From the NCBI GenBank assembly GCA_030950985.1, contig JAUZQM010000041.1, forward strand, positions 10,379-74,378: 64,000 nucleotides of DNA, in the 5' to 3' direction. This DNA is from Mariprofundaceae bacterium (GTDB lineage Bacteria > Pseudomonadota > Zetaproteobacteria > Mariprofundales > Mariprofundaceae). The translations under genes were made by a program, and so were the position numbers. The notes under the pieces were generated by a model. That model saw only the letters and a list, made by a program, of their open reading frames with translations, did not search any database and was not told the origin of the DNA. Below are positions 48,746 through 56,752 of this stretch, piece after piece (position 1 is the first letter of the stretch; every line of letters begins with the position of its first letter).

Positions 48746-51517
48746 TTAATCACTCGCCAACACATCAAAACAACGTGGGCAAATCTCATCATGAACATCA
48801 TGATTTACATCGGCAGGCTTCGCAACATTCCAGCAACGTGGACATTTAATACCATCGGCAGCTTGAATATTCAAAACATCACCCGCTTGTGCATGTGCGA
48901 CAATCAAGAGTTGCTCATAACTTTCATCAAGACTGGCTGCAAAAGCCGTATCCAAATTTGGAATTTGCACACTCGCAGCAATCGAAGAACCAATCACTTT
49001 ATCTTTTTTCGCCACATCCATCGCCGTATTCACTTGCTCGCGCATATCAAAGAACTTATTCCATGCTTCCTTATCAATATTGACATCAGAAACATCAAGG
49101 AAGTTTTGAATATGAATACTTTCTGCCGTTGCACCTGGTAAAAAGTCCCAAATTTCTTCAGCCGTCATCGGTACAATTGGTGCAATCAAACGCACCAAAG
49201 CATGAGCAATATCATACAAGGTCGATTGCGCTGACAAACGTCGTGCTGAATTTGCAGCATCACAATACAAGCGATCTTTCATCACATCCAAATAGAATCC
49301 ACCCAAATCCACCGAGCAAAAATTGTGAATTTCCTGATGAATTTGATGGAACTGATAGGTTTTAAACGATTTTTGAACATTGTTGGATACTTCTGCCAAC
49401 TTATGCATCGCCCATTGATCTAGCTTCTTGCGCTGTTCCAACGGTACGGATTGAGCGACATCAAAATTTTCAATATTACTCAATAAAAAGCGAATGGTAT
49501 TACGAATACGACGATAAGATTCCGCCAATTGTTTGATGATTTCATCGGAAATACGAATATCCGCTGAATAATCCGCCGAAGCAATCCATAAACGTAGAAT
49601 ATCCGCACCCATTTGATTGATAATTTTCTGTGGTGCAACCACATTGCCCTTGGATTTGGACATTTTATTGCCGTTTTTATCCACCACAAAACCATGCGTC
49701 AACACTGCTTTAAACGGTGCTACACCGCGTGTACCCATTGATTCAAGTAAGGATGATTGGAACCAACCACGATGTTGATCGCTGCCTTCCAAGTATAAAT
49801 CGGCAGGGGATTGCAAATCAGCACGTTGTTCTAAAACACAAGCATGCGTAGAACCTGAATCAAACCACACATCCAAAATATCCGTTTCTTTTTCAAACTT
49901 TGAGCCACCACAATCAGGACATGTTGCGCCTTGTGGTAAGAAATCAACGACATCTTTGGCAAACCAAACATCCGCACCAGCGCCTTCAACATGCTTGGCA
50001 ATGCCTTCTACCACGGCGGGTGTTGTTACAGCATGCGAGCCACATTCACAGCGAATGGCTGTAATCGGTACACCCCAGTTCCGTTGACGCGAAACACACC
50101 AATCAGGACGTTGCTCAACCATGCCACGAATACGATTTTCACCCCATGCAGGTGTCCATGCGGTTTCTTTGATAGCGGCTAAGGCTTTATCGCGTAAATC
50201 ATTTTTATCCATCGAAATAAACCACTGCGGTGTCGCACGGAAAATCAATGGCTTATGACAACGCCAGCAATGCGGATAAGCATGAATGATTGAATCGCTT
50301 GCCAACAATGCGCCACAGCTTTGCAAATGCTCAACCATGATCGCATTGGCTTTATAAACATGCTGACCTTCAACGATCGGTGTTCCAGCCTCAAAAATAC
50401 CGTGATCATCAACTGGATTAAAGGCTTTAATGCCATATTTCAAGGATACTTCGTAATCTTCTTGACCATGACCCGGCGCGGTGTGAACACAACCTGTACC
50501 TGCTTCCAGCGTCACATGATCACCCAGTAAAATAGGCGCATCTTGATCCAAATAAGGATGACGGAATTTGCGATTTTCTAATTGAGAACCTTTGAAATGG
50601 GCAATCACGTCACCTTCAACATGAATATCTTTTAAAACACCCTCAACAAGGGCTTCCGCAAGAATGATGATTTCACCCACACCTAGATTTTTACATGCGT
50701 CGGCTTGGCTGATGCGTAATGCCACATAATCAAGATTTGCGCCGACTGATACCGCTAAATTAGCTGGAATTGTCCAAGGTGTTGTTGTCCAAATCACCAC
50801 CGATGTCTCAGCGGTGAGCGCAGGATCGATGTCTGTTAAATCTTCGCCTGCTTTGAATTTTACAAAAATTGATAACGATGTGTGGTCTTCATGTTCCACT
50901 TCAGCTTCCGCCAATGCCGTGGCACATGAAACGCACCAATGCACAGGTTTAGCCCCTTTATACAAGCCACCATTGGCTAAGAATTTACCAATTTCACGCA
51001 CGGTATTCGCCTCAAAGGCATAATCCATCGTGACATACGGATTGTCCCAATCGCCTGTGATACCCAAACGTTTAAATTCTTGACGCTGAATATCAACCTG
51101 ACCTTTGGCATATTCACGACATTCAGAACGAAATTCAGCATCGCTAATGTCTTCTTTTTTACGTTTCTTTTTCTTGAATTTTTCTTCAACTTTTAATTCA
51201 ATCGGCAGACCATGACAATCCCAACCTGGAACATAAGGCGCATCAAAACCCATCATCGTGCGTGAACGAATCACAATATCTTTGAGTACTTTATTGACGG
51301 CATGACCGATATGAATCGAACCATTCGCATATGGAGGACCATCATGCAAAATAAACTTCGGCGCATCTTTGCGTGCTTTACGAATTTGTGCGTAAAGGTT
51401 TTCTTCTTCCCATTTTGCAAGGCGTTTAGGCTCATTGACGGGCAAATTACCACGCATCGGAAATTTTGTTTTTGGCAGAAAAACAGTCGTTTTATAATCA
51501 AACTTTTCTTGACTCAA
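48746..51517 (-). CDS. ileS: Isoleucine--tRNA ligase (type 1, C-terminal zinc finger)
   Basis: 'HDGPPYANGSIHIGHAVNK' (HIGH) and 'KMSKSKGN'. The C-terminus carries 'CPRCW...CPRC'. The proposed TTG start at 51517 (SQEKFDYKTTVFLPKTKFPMRG) is preceded by GGAG. The ORF-track N-terminal 43 aa look non-coding. Confidence 0.9.
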   Translation of the reverse strand: MSQEKFDYKTTVFLPKTKFPMRGNLPVNEPKRLAKWEEENLYAQIRKARKDAPKFILHDGPPYANGSIHIGHAVNKVLKDIVIRSRTMMGFDAPYVPGWDCHGLPIELKVEEKFKKKKRKKEDISDAEFRSECREYAKGQVDIQRQEFKRLGITGDWDNPYVTMDYAFEANTVREIGKFLANGGLYKGAKPVHWCVSCATALAEAEVEHEDHTSLSIFVKFKAGEDLTDIDPALTAETSVVIWTTTPWTIPANLAVSVGANLDYVALRISQADACKNLGVGEIIILAEALVEGVLKDIHVEGDVIAHFKGSQLENRKFRHPYLDQDAPILLGDHVTLEAGTGCVHTAPGHGQEDYEVSLKYGIKAFNPVDDHGIFEAGTPIVEGQHVYKANAIMVEHLQSCGALLASDSIIHAYPHCWRCHKPLIFRATPQWFISMDKNDLRDKALAAIKETAWTPAWGENRIRGMVEQRPDWCVSRQRNWGVPITAIRCECGSHAVTTPAVVEGIAKHVEGAGADVWFAKDVVDFLPQGATCPDCGGSKFEKETDILDVWFDSGSTHACVLEQRADLQSPADLYLEGSDQHRGWFQSSLLESMGTRGVAPFKAVLTHGFVVDKNGNKMSKSKGNVVAPQKIINQMGADILRLWIASADYSADIRISDEIIKQLAESYRRIRNTIRFLLSNIENFDVAQSVPLEQRKKLDQWAMHKLAEVSNNVQKSFKTYQFHQIHQEIHNFCSVDLGGFYLDVMKDRLYCDAANSARRLSAQSTLYDIAHALVRLIAPIVPMTAEEIWDFLPGATAESIHIQNFLDVSDVNIDKEAWNKFFDMREQVNTAMDVAKKDKVIGSSIAASVQIPNLDTAFAASLDESYEQLLIVAHAQAGDVLNIQAADGIKCPRCWNVAKPADVNHDVHDEICPRCFDVLASD

Positions 51518-51680
51518 GAGAAACTCCAATCTGTATTCATCGCATTTGGTTTTTTGCGACACCTTAGGCAAAAGACAACAACTTGTCTCACAAGGGCTGC
51601 GAAAATAAATCATCATCCCAGTTGTGCGAAGGATAAAAGTTAGCATTTAAGACGCAACATTTGGCGCATATAATCATTTA

Positions 51681-51877
51681 ACTGATGTTACGCATAACGT
51701 CATTCACATGGTCTTTTAATCGAAAATATCGAAGAACATTCATATCACTCTGGAAGTGCGGCTTTAGCCGCGCTGAATGAAGTATCAGGGCGCGGCTAAA
51801 GCCACACGTCCAAAAGGTGTTCAATGATCAACCAAGCTAGAATGACGCTTTTTTTTCAGCAAAGTGCGTAATATCAG
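51681..51877. mobile_element. MITE-like non-autonomous element (197 bp) with terminal inverted repeats and 8-bp target-site duplication
   Basis: The TIR CTGATGTTACGCA (51681-51693) matches the reverse complement of 51865-51877 (CTGATATTACGCA) at 12 of 13 positions. A second arm pair is AACGTCATTC / GAATGACG. The direct repeat TCATTTAA sits immediately outside both ends (51673-51680 and 51878-51885). No ORF. Confidence 0.6.
51750..51813 (+). repeat. REP-like palindromic element, copy 1 (core of the MITE)
   Basis: CTGGAAGTGCGGCTTTAGCCGCGC, a 16-nt loop, then GCGCGGCTAAAGCCACACGTCCAA. The 24-nt arms are nearly perfectly complementary. Confidence 0.7.
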
Positions 51878-52066
51878 TCATTTAAGTATGAAAGTATCGT
51901 CATACCCGAGTTCTTTTATTGGGTATCTAATGTTTGAACCAAAAGACCCTCGACACAAGCTCTCGAGGGTGACGGTCGAGTGATGGTGAAGTCATATGCT
52001 CACAGCATACTTGAATGACAATAGCATGGTTAGCTGATTGATACAAAAAATGAGCGAATGTTGAAT

Positions 52067-52140
52067 TGGTTGGGGAACGTGGATTCGAACCACGGTTGGC
52101 GGAGTCAGAGTCCGCAGTCCTGCCGCTAGACGATTCCCCA
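52067..52140 (-). tRNA. tRNA-Gln (anticodon CTG)
   Basis: Reverse complement is TGGGGAATCGTCTAGCGGCAGGACT-GCGGA-CTCTGAC-TCCGC...GGTTCGAATCC...TCCCCAACCA. The 5' part of ORF 52066..53373 is an artefact of reading through it. Confidence 0.9.
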
Positions 52141-52209
52141 AGAAAGTGGCTCGCAATGTATAAATCTTATGGCAGGTGTCAATTGATTATAGACTGTTAT
52201 GGTTCGCAG

Positions 52210-53373
52210 ATGAATCATATCATGAATACATATGGTCGCCCTCCTTTAACCTTGCTTCGTGGCAAAGGCAGTCGGGTTTGGGATGACCAAAACAATGAAT
52301 ATTTGGATTTTGTAGCAGGTATTGCCGTGAATACCCTCGGTCATGCTCACCCTCGATTGGTGCAAACCATCGCCCAACAAGCAGCCACCATGTTGCACTG
52401 TTCCAATTTATATCATATTCCCAAACAAATTGAGTTAGCGGAACGTTTATGCCAATTATCGCAGCTCGATCGTGCGTTTTTTTGCAATTCAGGTGCAGAA
52501 GCCAATGAATCCGCCTTAAAATTAGCGCGTAAATATTTTTATGACCAAGGCGTGAATCGTTTTGAGGTGATTACAGCCACCCAATCTTTTCATGGGCGCA
52601 CCATGCAAACCATTGCCGCTACAGGGCAAGACAAAGTCAAAGTTGGTTTTGAACCGCTTCCCATAGGTTTTAAACATATCGCGTTGAATGATATTCATGC
52701 GCTCACGCAAGCCATTGATAAGCATACGGCTGCGATTCTTTTGGAACCATTACAGGGTGAAGGTGGCGTAAACCTAGCCACGCCTGCATACCTGCAAGCT
52801 GTTCGAGCTTTGTGTGATCAACATGGTATTTTATTGATTTTAGATGAAGTACAAACGGGCATGGGTCGCACAGGCAGCATGTTTGCCTTTGAACAAGCCA
52901 ACATTCAACCTGATATTTTAACCTTAGCCAAAGGCTTGGGCGGTGGCGTACCGATTGGTGCGATGTTGGCAAAAAAAGCTGTCGCAAGTGCATTAAGCCC
53001 TGGTACGCACGGCTCAACGTTTGGTGGAAACCCACTGTCTTGCGCAGCAGCACTCACCGTTTTAACAGTCATTGAAGAAGAACATCTATTGGAAAACGTC
53101 TGCGAAAGAGGTCAACAATTACGCCAAGGTTTGGAGCATTTGAAGGCACGTTTTGATTGCATTGACGAGGTTCGGGGGCAGGGTTTGCTGCTTGGTTTGG
53201 CATGCAACAAGCCTGTTGCCCCACTGATTGAATGTTGCCGTCAACATGGCTTACTGGTGTTACCAGCTGGGCCGAATGTATTGCGATTTCTTCCACCATT
53301 GAATATTAACACATCAGACATTAACGAAGCCTTTCTTTTGCTTGAAAAAAGTCTGAATGAGGTCACAACATGA
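52210..53373 (+). CDS. argD: Acetylornithine aminotransferase
   Basis: Start is taken at 'MNHIMNTYGRPPLTLLRGKGSRVWD'. 'FCNSGAEANE', 'DEVQTGMGRTG' and 'LAKGLGGGVPIGA' (PLP Lys) are class III aminotransferase motifs. argF and argG follow. Confidence 0.85.
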   Translation: MNHIMNTYGRPPLTLLRGKGSRVWDDQNNEYLDFVAGIAVNTLGHAHPRLVQTIAQQAATMLHCSNLYHIPKQIELAERLCQLSQLDRAFFCNSGAEANESALKLARKYFYDQGVNRFEVITATQSFHGRTMQTIAATGQDKVKVGFEPLPIGFKHIALNDIHALTQAIDKHTAAILLEPLQGEGGVNLATPAYLQAVRALCDQHGILLILDEVQTGMGRTGSMFAFEQANIQPDILTLAKGLGGGVPIGAMLAKKAVASALSPGTHGSTFGGNPLSCAAALTVLTVIEEEHLLENVCERGQQLRQGLEHLKARFDCIDEVRGQGLLLGLACNKPVAPLIECCRQHGLLVLPAGPNVLRFLPPLNINTSDINEAFLLLEKSLNEVTT

Positions 53374-54278
53374 GGCATTTCCTCACATTATTGGATTTAA
53401 AATCCTTTGAAGGAACGCAAATCCTTGAGCGTGCTTTTGAGCTCAAAAATATGCAAAAAGAAGGCAAATCCCACCGAACCCTAGAAGGGAAGACGTTGGC
53501 AATGATTTTTGATAAAGCCTCCACACGAACCCGTGTATCTTTTGAAACGGGTATGTATCAATTGGGTGGTCATGCCTTGTTCTTGGATTCAAAAAGCACC
53601 CAATTAGGTCGTGGTGAACCCATTGAAGATTCAGCGCGTGTCATTTCTAGCATGGTTGACGCAGTGATGATTCGTACCTTTGACCAAAGTATGGTGGAGA
53701 AATTTGCTCAATATTCTTCAGTCCCTGTGATCAATGCGTTGACTGATTTAACCCACCCATGCCAAATTTTAGCCGATGTCATGACCTATAAGCAGCACAA
53801 CGATAGCATTCAAGGTAAAACTGTTGCATGGGTTGGTGATGGCAACAATATGGCACATTCATGGATCAATGGCGCGACTGTTTTTGGTTACAATTTGAAT
53901 TTGGCTTGCCCTGAAGGTTATTTGCCTGACGCATCCATCCTTCAACATGCTCGCGATATGGGGGCAAGTATTGAAGTCACACAAGATGTTTTGGCAGCCA
54001 CCGCAGGTGTCGATTTGGTCACCACTGACGTATGGGCTTCGATGGGACAAGAAGAAGAACAAGCAGAGCGAGAACAAGCTTTTGCCGATTACATGGTGAA
54101 TGACACCGTAATGAGAATCGCAAAACCGACTGCCTTATTTATGCATTGCTTACCTGCTCATCGTGGTGAAGAAGTCGCTGCGAGTGTCATTGATGGTCGG
54201 CAATCTGTGGTGTGGGATGAAGCTGAAAATCGTCTTCATGCCCAAAAAGCTTTGTTAGAATTTTTATTAATACAATAA
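53370..54278 (+). CDS. argF: Ornithine carbamoyltransferase
   Basis: '[13 protein letters not shown]', 'HPCQILAD' and '[11 protein letters not shown]'. 4-nt overlap with argD. Confidence 0.92.
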   Translation: MRHFLTLLDLKSFEGTQILERAFELKNMQKEGKSHRTLEGKTLAMIFDKASTRTRVSFETGMYQLGGHALFLDSKSTQLGRGEPIEDSARVISSMVDAVMIRTFDQSMVEKFAQYSSVPVINALTDLTHPCQILADVMTYKQHNDSIQGKTVAWVGDGNNMAHSWINGATVFGYNLNLACPEGYLPDASILQHARDMGASIEVTQDVLAATAGVDLVTTDVWASMGQEEEQAEREQAFADYMVNDTVMRIAKPTALFMHCLPAHRGEEVAASVIDGRQSVVWDEAENRLHAQKALLEFLLIQ

Positions 54279-54289
54279 CTGGAGTACGC

Positions 54290-55507
54290 ATGTCTAAACA
54301 AAATGTAAATAAAGTTGTTTTAGCCTATTCAGGAGGGCTTGATACCTCTATTATTTTAAAATGGCTGCAAGATACCTATCAATGTGAGGTGGTAACATTT
54401 ACAGCCGATATTGGTCAGGGTGAAGAAGTCGAAGATGCGCGGGTGAAAGCAAAAGCTTGCGGTGCATCGGCTATTTATATCGATGATTTAACCGAAGAAT
54501 ATGTGCGTGATTTTGTATTTCCTATGTTTCGTGGCAATGCCATTTATGAAGGTGAATATTTACTCGGAACATCGATTGCTCGCCCATTGATTTCCAAACG
54601 TATGATTGAAATTGCCAATATCGAAGGTGCTGATGCCGTCGCTCACGGTGCGACAGGTAAAGGCAACGATCAAGTCCGTTTTGAATTAGGGTTTTATGCC
54701 TTAAAACCTGATGTTAAAGTCATCGCACCTTGGCGTGAGTGGGATTTAAATTCGCGCAACGATATGTTGGCATATTGTAAAAAACACGGCATTGAAATCG
54801 AACGCAAACGCGAAGGTAGTAAATCTCCTTATTCTATGGATGCCAATTTACTGCATATTTCTTATGAAGGTTATGATTTGGAAGATCCTTGGGCTGAACC
54901 TTCTGAATCCATGTGGCGTTGGTCTGTCTCACCTGAAAATGCACCCAATGAAGCTGAATATATCGAATTGACCTACCAAGGTGGCGATATTACTGCCATC
55001 AACGATGTCACCATGACACCTGCTCAAGTGTTGCGTGAATTGAATCGTTTGGGTGGAAACCATGGTATTGGACGTATTGATATTGTGGAAAATCGTTATG
55101 TTGGCATGAAATCACGCGGTTGTTATGAAACCCCCGGTGGCACAATTATGCTCAAAGCCCATCGTGCGATTGAATCCATCACTGTGGATCGTGAAGCGGC
55201 ACATTTGAAAGATGAATTGATGCCGCGTTATGCAACACTCATTTATAATGGTTATTGGTTTGCACCCGAAACACGCATGATGCAATCAGCGATTGATGCG
55301 TCACAAGCCACCGTGAATGGTACGGTGCGTTTAAAACTGTATAAAGGTAATGTAATCGTTCTTGGTCGCAAATCAGATAATTCTTTGTTTGATGAACGTT
55401 TATGCACCTTTGAAGATGATGAAGGCGCGTATAATCAAAAAGACGCAGATGGATTCATCAAGTTAAATGCGTTACGGTTGCGTATGAATCAACTCGCGGG
55501 GAAATAA
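54290..55507 (+). CDS. argG: Argininosuccinate synthase
   Basis: '[13 protein letters not shown]', '[15 protein letters not shown]' and '[24 protein letters not shown]'. Confidence 0.95.
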   Translation: MSKQNVNKVVLAYSGGLDTSIILKWLQDTYQCEVVTFTADIGQGEEVEDARVKAKACGASAIYIDDLTEEYVRDFVFPMFRGNAIYEGEYLLGTSIARPLISKRMIEIANIEGADAVAHGATGKGNDQVRFELGFYALKPDVKVIAPWREWDLNSRNDMLAYCKKHGIEIERKREGSKSPYSMDANLLHISYEGYDLEDPWAEPSESMWRWSVSPENAPNEAEYIELTYQGGDITAINDVTMTPAQVLRELNRLGGNHGIGRIDIVENRYVGMKSRGCYETPGGTIMLKAHRAIESITVDREAAHLKDELMPRYATLIYNGYWFAPETRMMQSAIDASQATVNGTVRLKLYKGNVIVLGRKSDNSLFDERLCTFEDDEGAYNQKDADGFIKLNALRLRMNQLAGK

Positions 55508-55508
55508 T

Positions 55509-56186
55509 ATGAATGCAACAACACACGATAAAGGGTATGCCACGCCTATTCGCATTTTTCACACTATTTTTGCATTGTGCATGATGACACAATTGGCCAT
55601 CGGCGAATTGATGGATGTACCAGAAGTGGATGATGATCATGATGAAGCCAGTATCGCTTGGGTCACGCCAGCTATCGCACATGAAAGTCACCATAACCTT
55701 GTCCATGAAGGACCTGTGGAAGAAAGCTTAGGTTTTGAAGTGCATGAATTTTTAGGTTTGACCATTGCCGCTTTAGTGGTGATTCGCATCCTACTTGCCA
55801 TGACCAACTTACCTGGTGCCAATTGGCGACATCTTTTCCCTTGGGTATTTGCTTCAGGTCGCAAGCAATTGGCTGATGAAATTAAGTTGCAAATGTCGGG
55901 TTGGAAATCCATGAAACTTGCACCACCTGAAGATGGCGAAGCTGTTGCCCGAAGTGTCCATGGTTTGATTGTTTTATCTGCCATTATCATGGGCATCACT
56001 GGAACGCTCTTGTATTTTGGCTGGAGTATTACCGCACCACAAACAGATGCGATTGAATGGATTGCATCGATTCATGAAACAGTGGTCGGTGGTTTAGAAG
56101 CATTGTTGGGTGCGCATATTTTGGCTGTTATTTTACATCAACGCCAAGGTCATAATATTATTGCACGCATCAAACCCGGTGCTTAA
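55509..56186 (+). CDS. Cytochrome b561 / Ni-hydrogenase b-type cytochrome family membrane protein
   Basis: 225 aa with four hydrophobic helices. His residues sit in the expected helix positions ('IFHTIF', 'VHEFLG', 'VHGLIV', 'GAHILAVILH'). The start is 1 nt after the argG stop. The call is family-level only. Confidence 0.55.
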   Translation: MNATTHDKGYATPIRIFHTIFALCMMTQLAIGELMDVPEVDDDHDEASIAWVTPAIAHESHHNLVHEGPVEESLGFEVHEFLGLTIAALVVIRILLAMTNLPGANWRHLFPWVFASGRKQLADEIKLQMSGWKSMKLAPPEDGEAVARSVHGLIVLSAIIMGITGTLLYFGWSITAPQTDAIEWIASIHETVVGGLEALLGAHILAVILHQRQGHNIIARIKPGA

Positions 56187-56220
56187 ATTGTAAATCGCGC
56201 ACTCTTTTAGAGCGTTGTTG

Positions 56221-56259
56221 AAGGCGTAGGTCGACTTTGTTCGCCTGCGCCTTTTTTTA
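56221..56259 (+). terminator. Probable rho-independent terminator of the arg-cytb operon
   Basis: An imperfect GC-rich hairpin AAGGCG...CGCCTT (with an inner AGG(T)CGA/TCGCCT stem) is followed by TTTTTTT. Confidence 0.5.
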
Positions 56260-56283
56260 TTTTGACTAAGTTGTATGCATTAT

Positions 56284-56348
56284 CTTGGAAGTACGGCTTT
56301 AGCCGTGCACTGATACTTTATTCGGCGCGGCTAAAGCCGCACTTCCAG
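56284..56348 (-). repeat. REP-like palindromic element, copy 2 (inverted relative to copy 1)
   Basis: The reverse complement begins CTGGAAGTGCGGCTTTAGCCGCGC, identical over 24 nt to the copy 1 left arm. The loop matches at 13/16 and the other arm at about 20/24. Confidence 0.7.
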
Positions 56349-56371
56349 AATGATAAACATACGCAAGACCT

Positions 56372-56569
56372 TCAACCTTTAAGCCCTACCTCTCCAGATT
56401 CTTTTATGACGATATGTTTGGCTCCGCATACAGAACAATGAAATCGATGTACTTCCTTTTGCAAATCATCAAGCGATGTAAACGGCGTTCTTGGTAATAT
56501 CTTTGCAACATCCTGCTGAAAATCACTATGCTCACAATACAGAAAAAAAGTTTGTTTATTTTTTGGCAT
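56372..56569 (-). CDS. Hypothetical small protein (65 aa) with a Cys/His cluster
   Basis: ORF only, with 'CEH' and 'HCSVCG' motifs. It is divergent from recC. I recognise no family, and coding status is unproven. Confidence 0.3.
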   Translation of the reverse strand: MPKNKQTFFLYCEHSDFQQDVAKILPRTPFTSLDDLQKEVHRFHCSVCGAKHIVIKESGEVGLKG

Positions 56570-56752
56570 CTTCTAACTCCAAATATCTAATAGTGTTGTA
56601 CAAATGGAAAGGTTACTTTCATGGATGATATAGTCATTCAAGTATCGCTATCCACATAAAATCCACATCCTCTTTGTCATAGAAAAGCATCTAAAACCCG
56701 ACATACTGCGAACGCCAAGCATAGAGATACACCATCAGCCAAGGAGAAAATC

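Noticed and set aside
48608-49141. 177-aa plus-strand ORF spanning the gltX/ileS junction.
   Set aside because: It is antisense to the gltX start and the ileS 3' end. Its composition (runs of I/R/N/H) is typical of a shadow frame.
51518-52066. T-box leader or other known riboswitch in front of ileS.
   Set aside because: There is no specifier-loop/T-box 'AGGGTGGNACCGCG' arrangement on the ileS (minus) strand. The only loosely similar string (GAGGGTGACGGTCGAG) is on the wrong strand.
52066-52209. N-terminal 48 codons of ORF 52066-53373.
   Set aside because: They read straight through tRNA-Gln on the opposite strand ('ERGFEPRLAESES'). argD is assigned from the ATG at 52210.
51750-56348. The block tRNA-Gln to cytochrome b561 as a genomic island or composite transposon bounded by the inverted REP copies.
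   Set aside because: Its content is core arginine biosynthesis. There is no integrase or transposase, no repeat of the tRNA 3' end and no visible compositional break. The inverted repeats are reported as REP-like elements instead.
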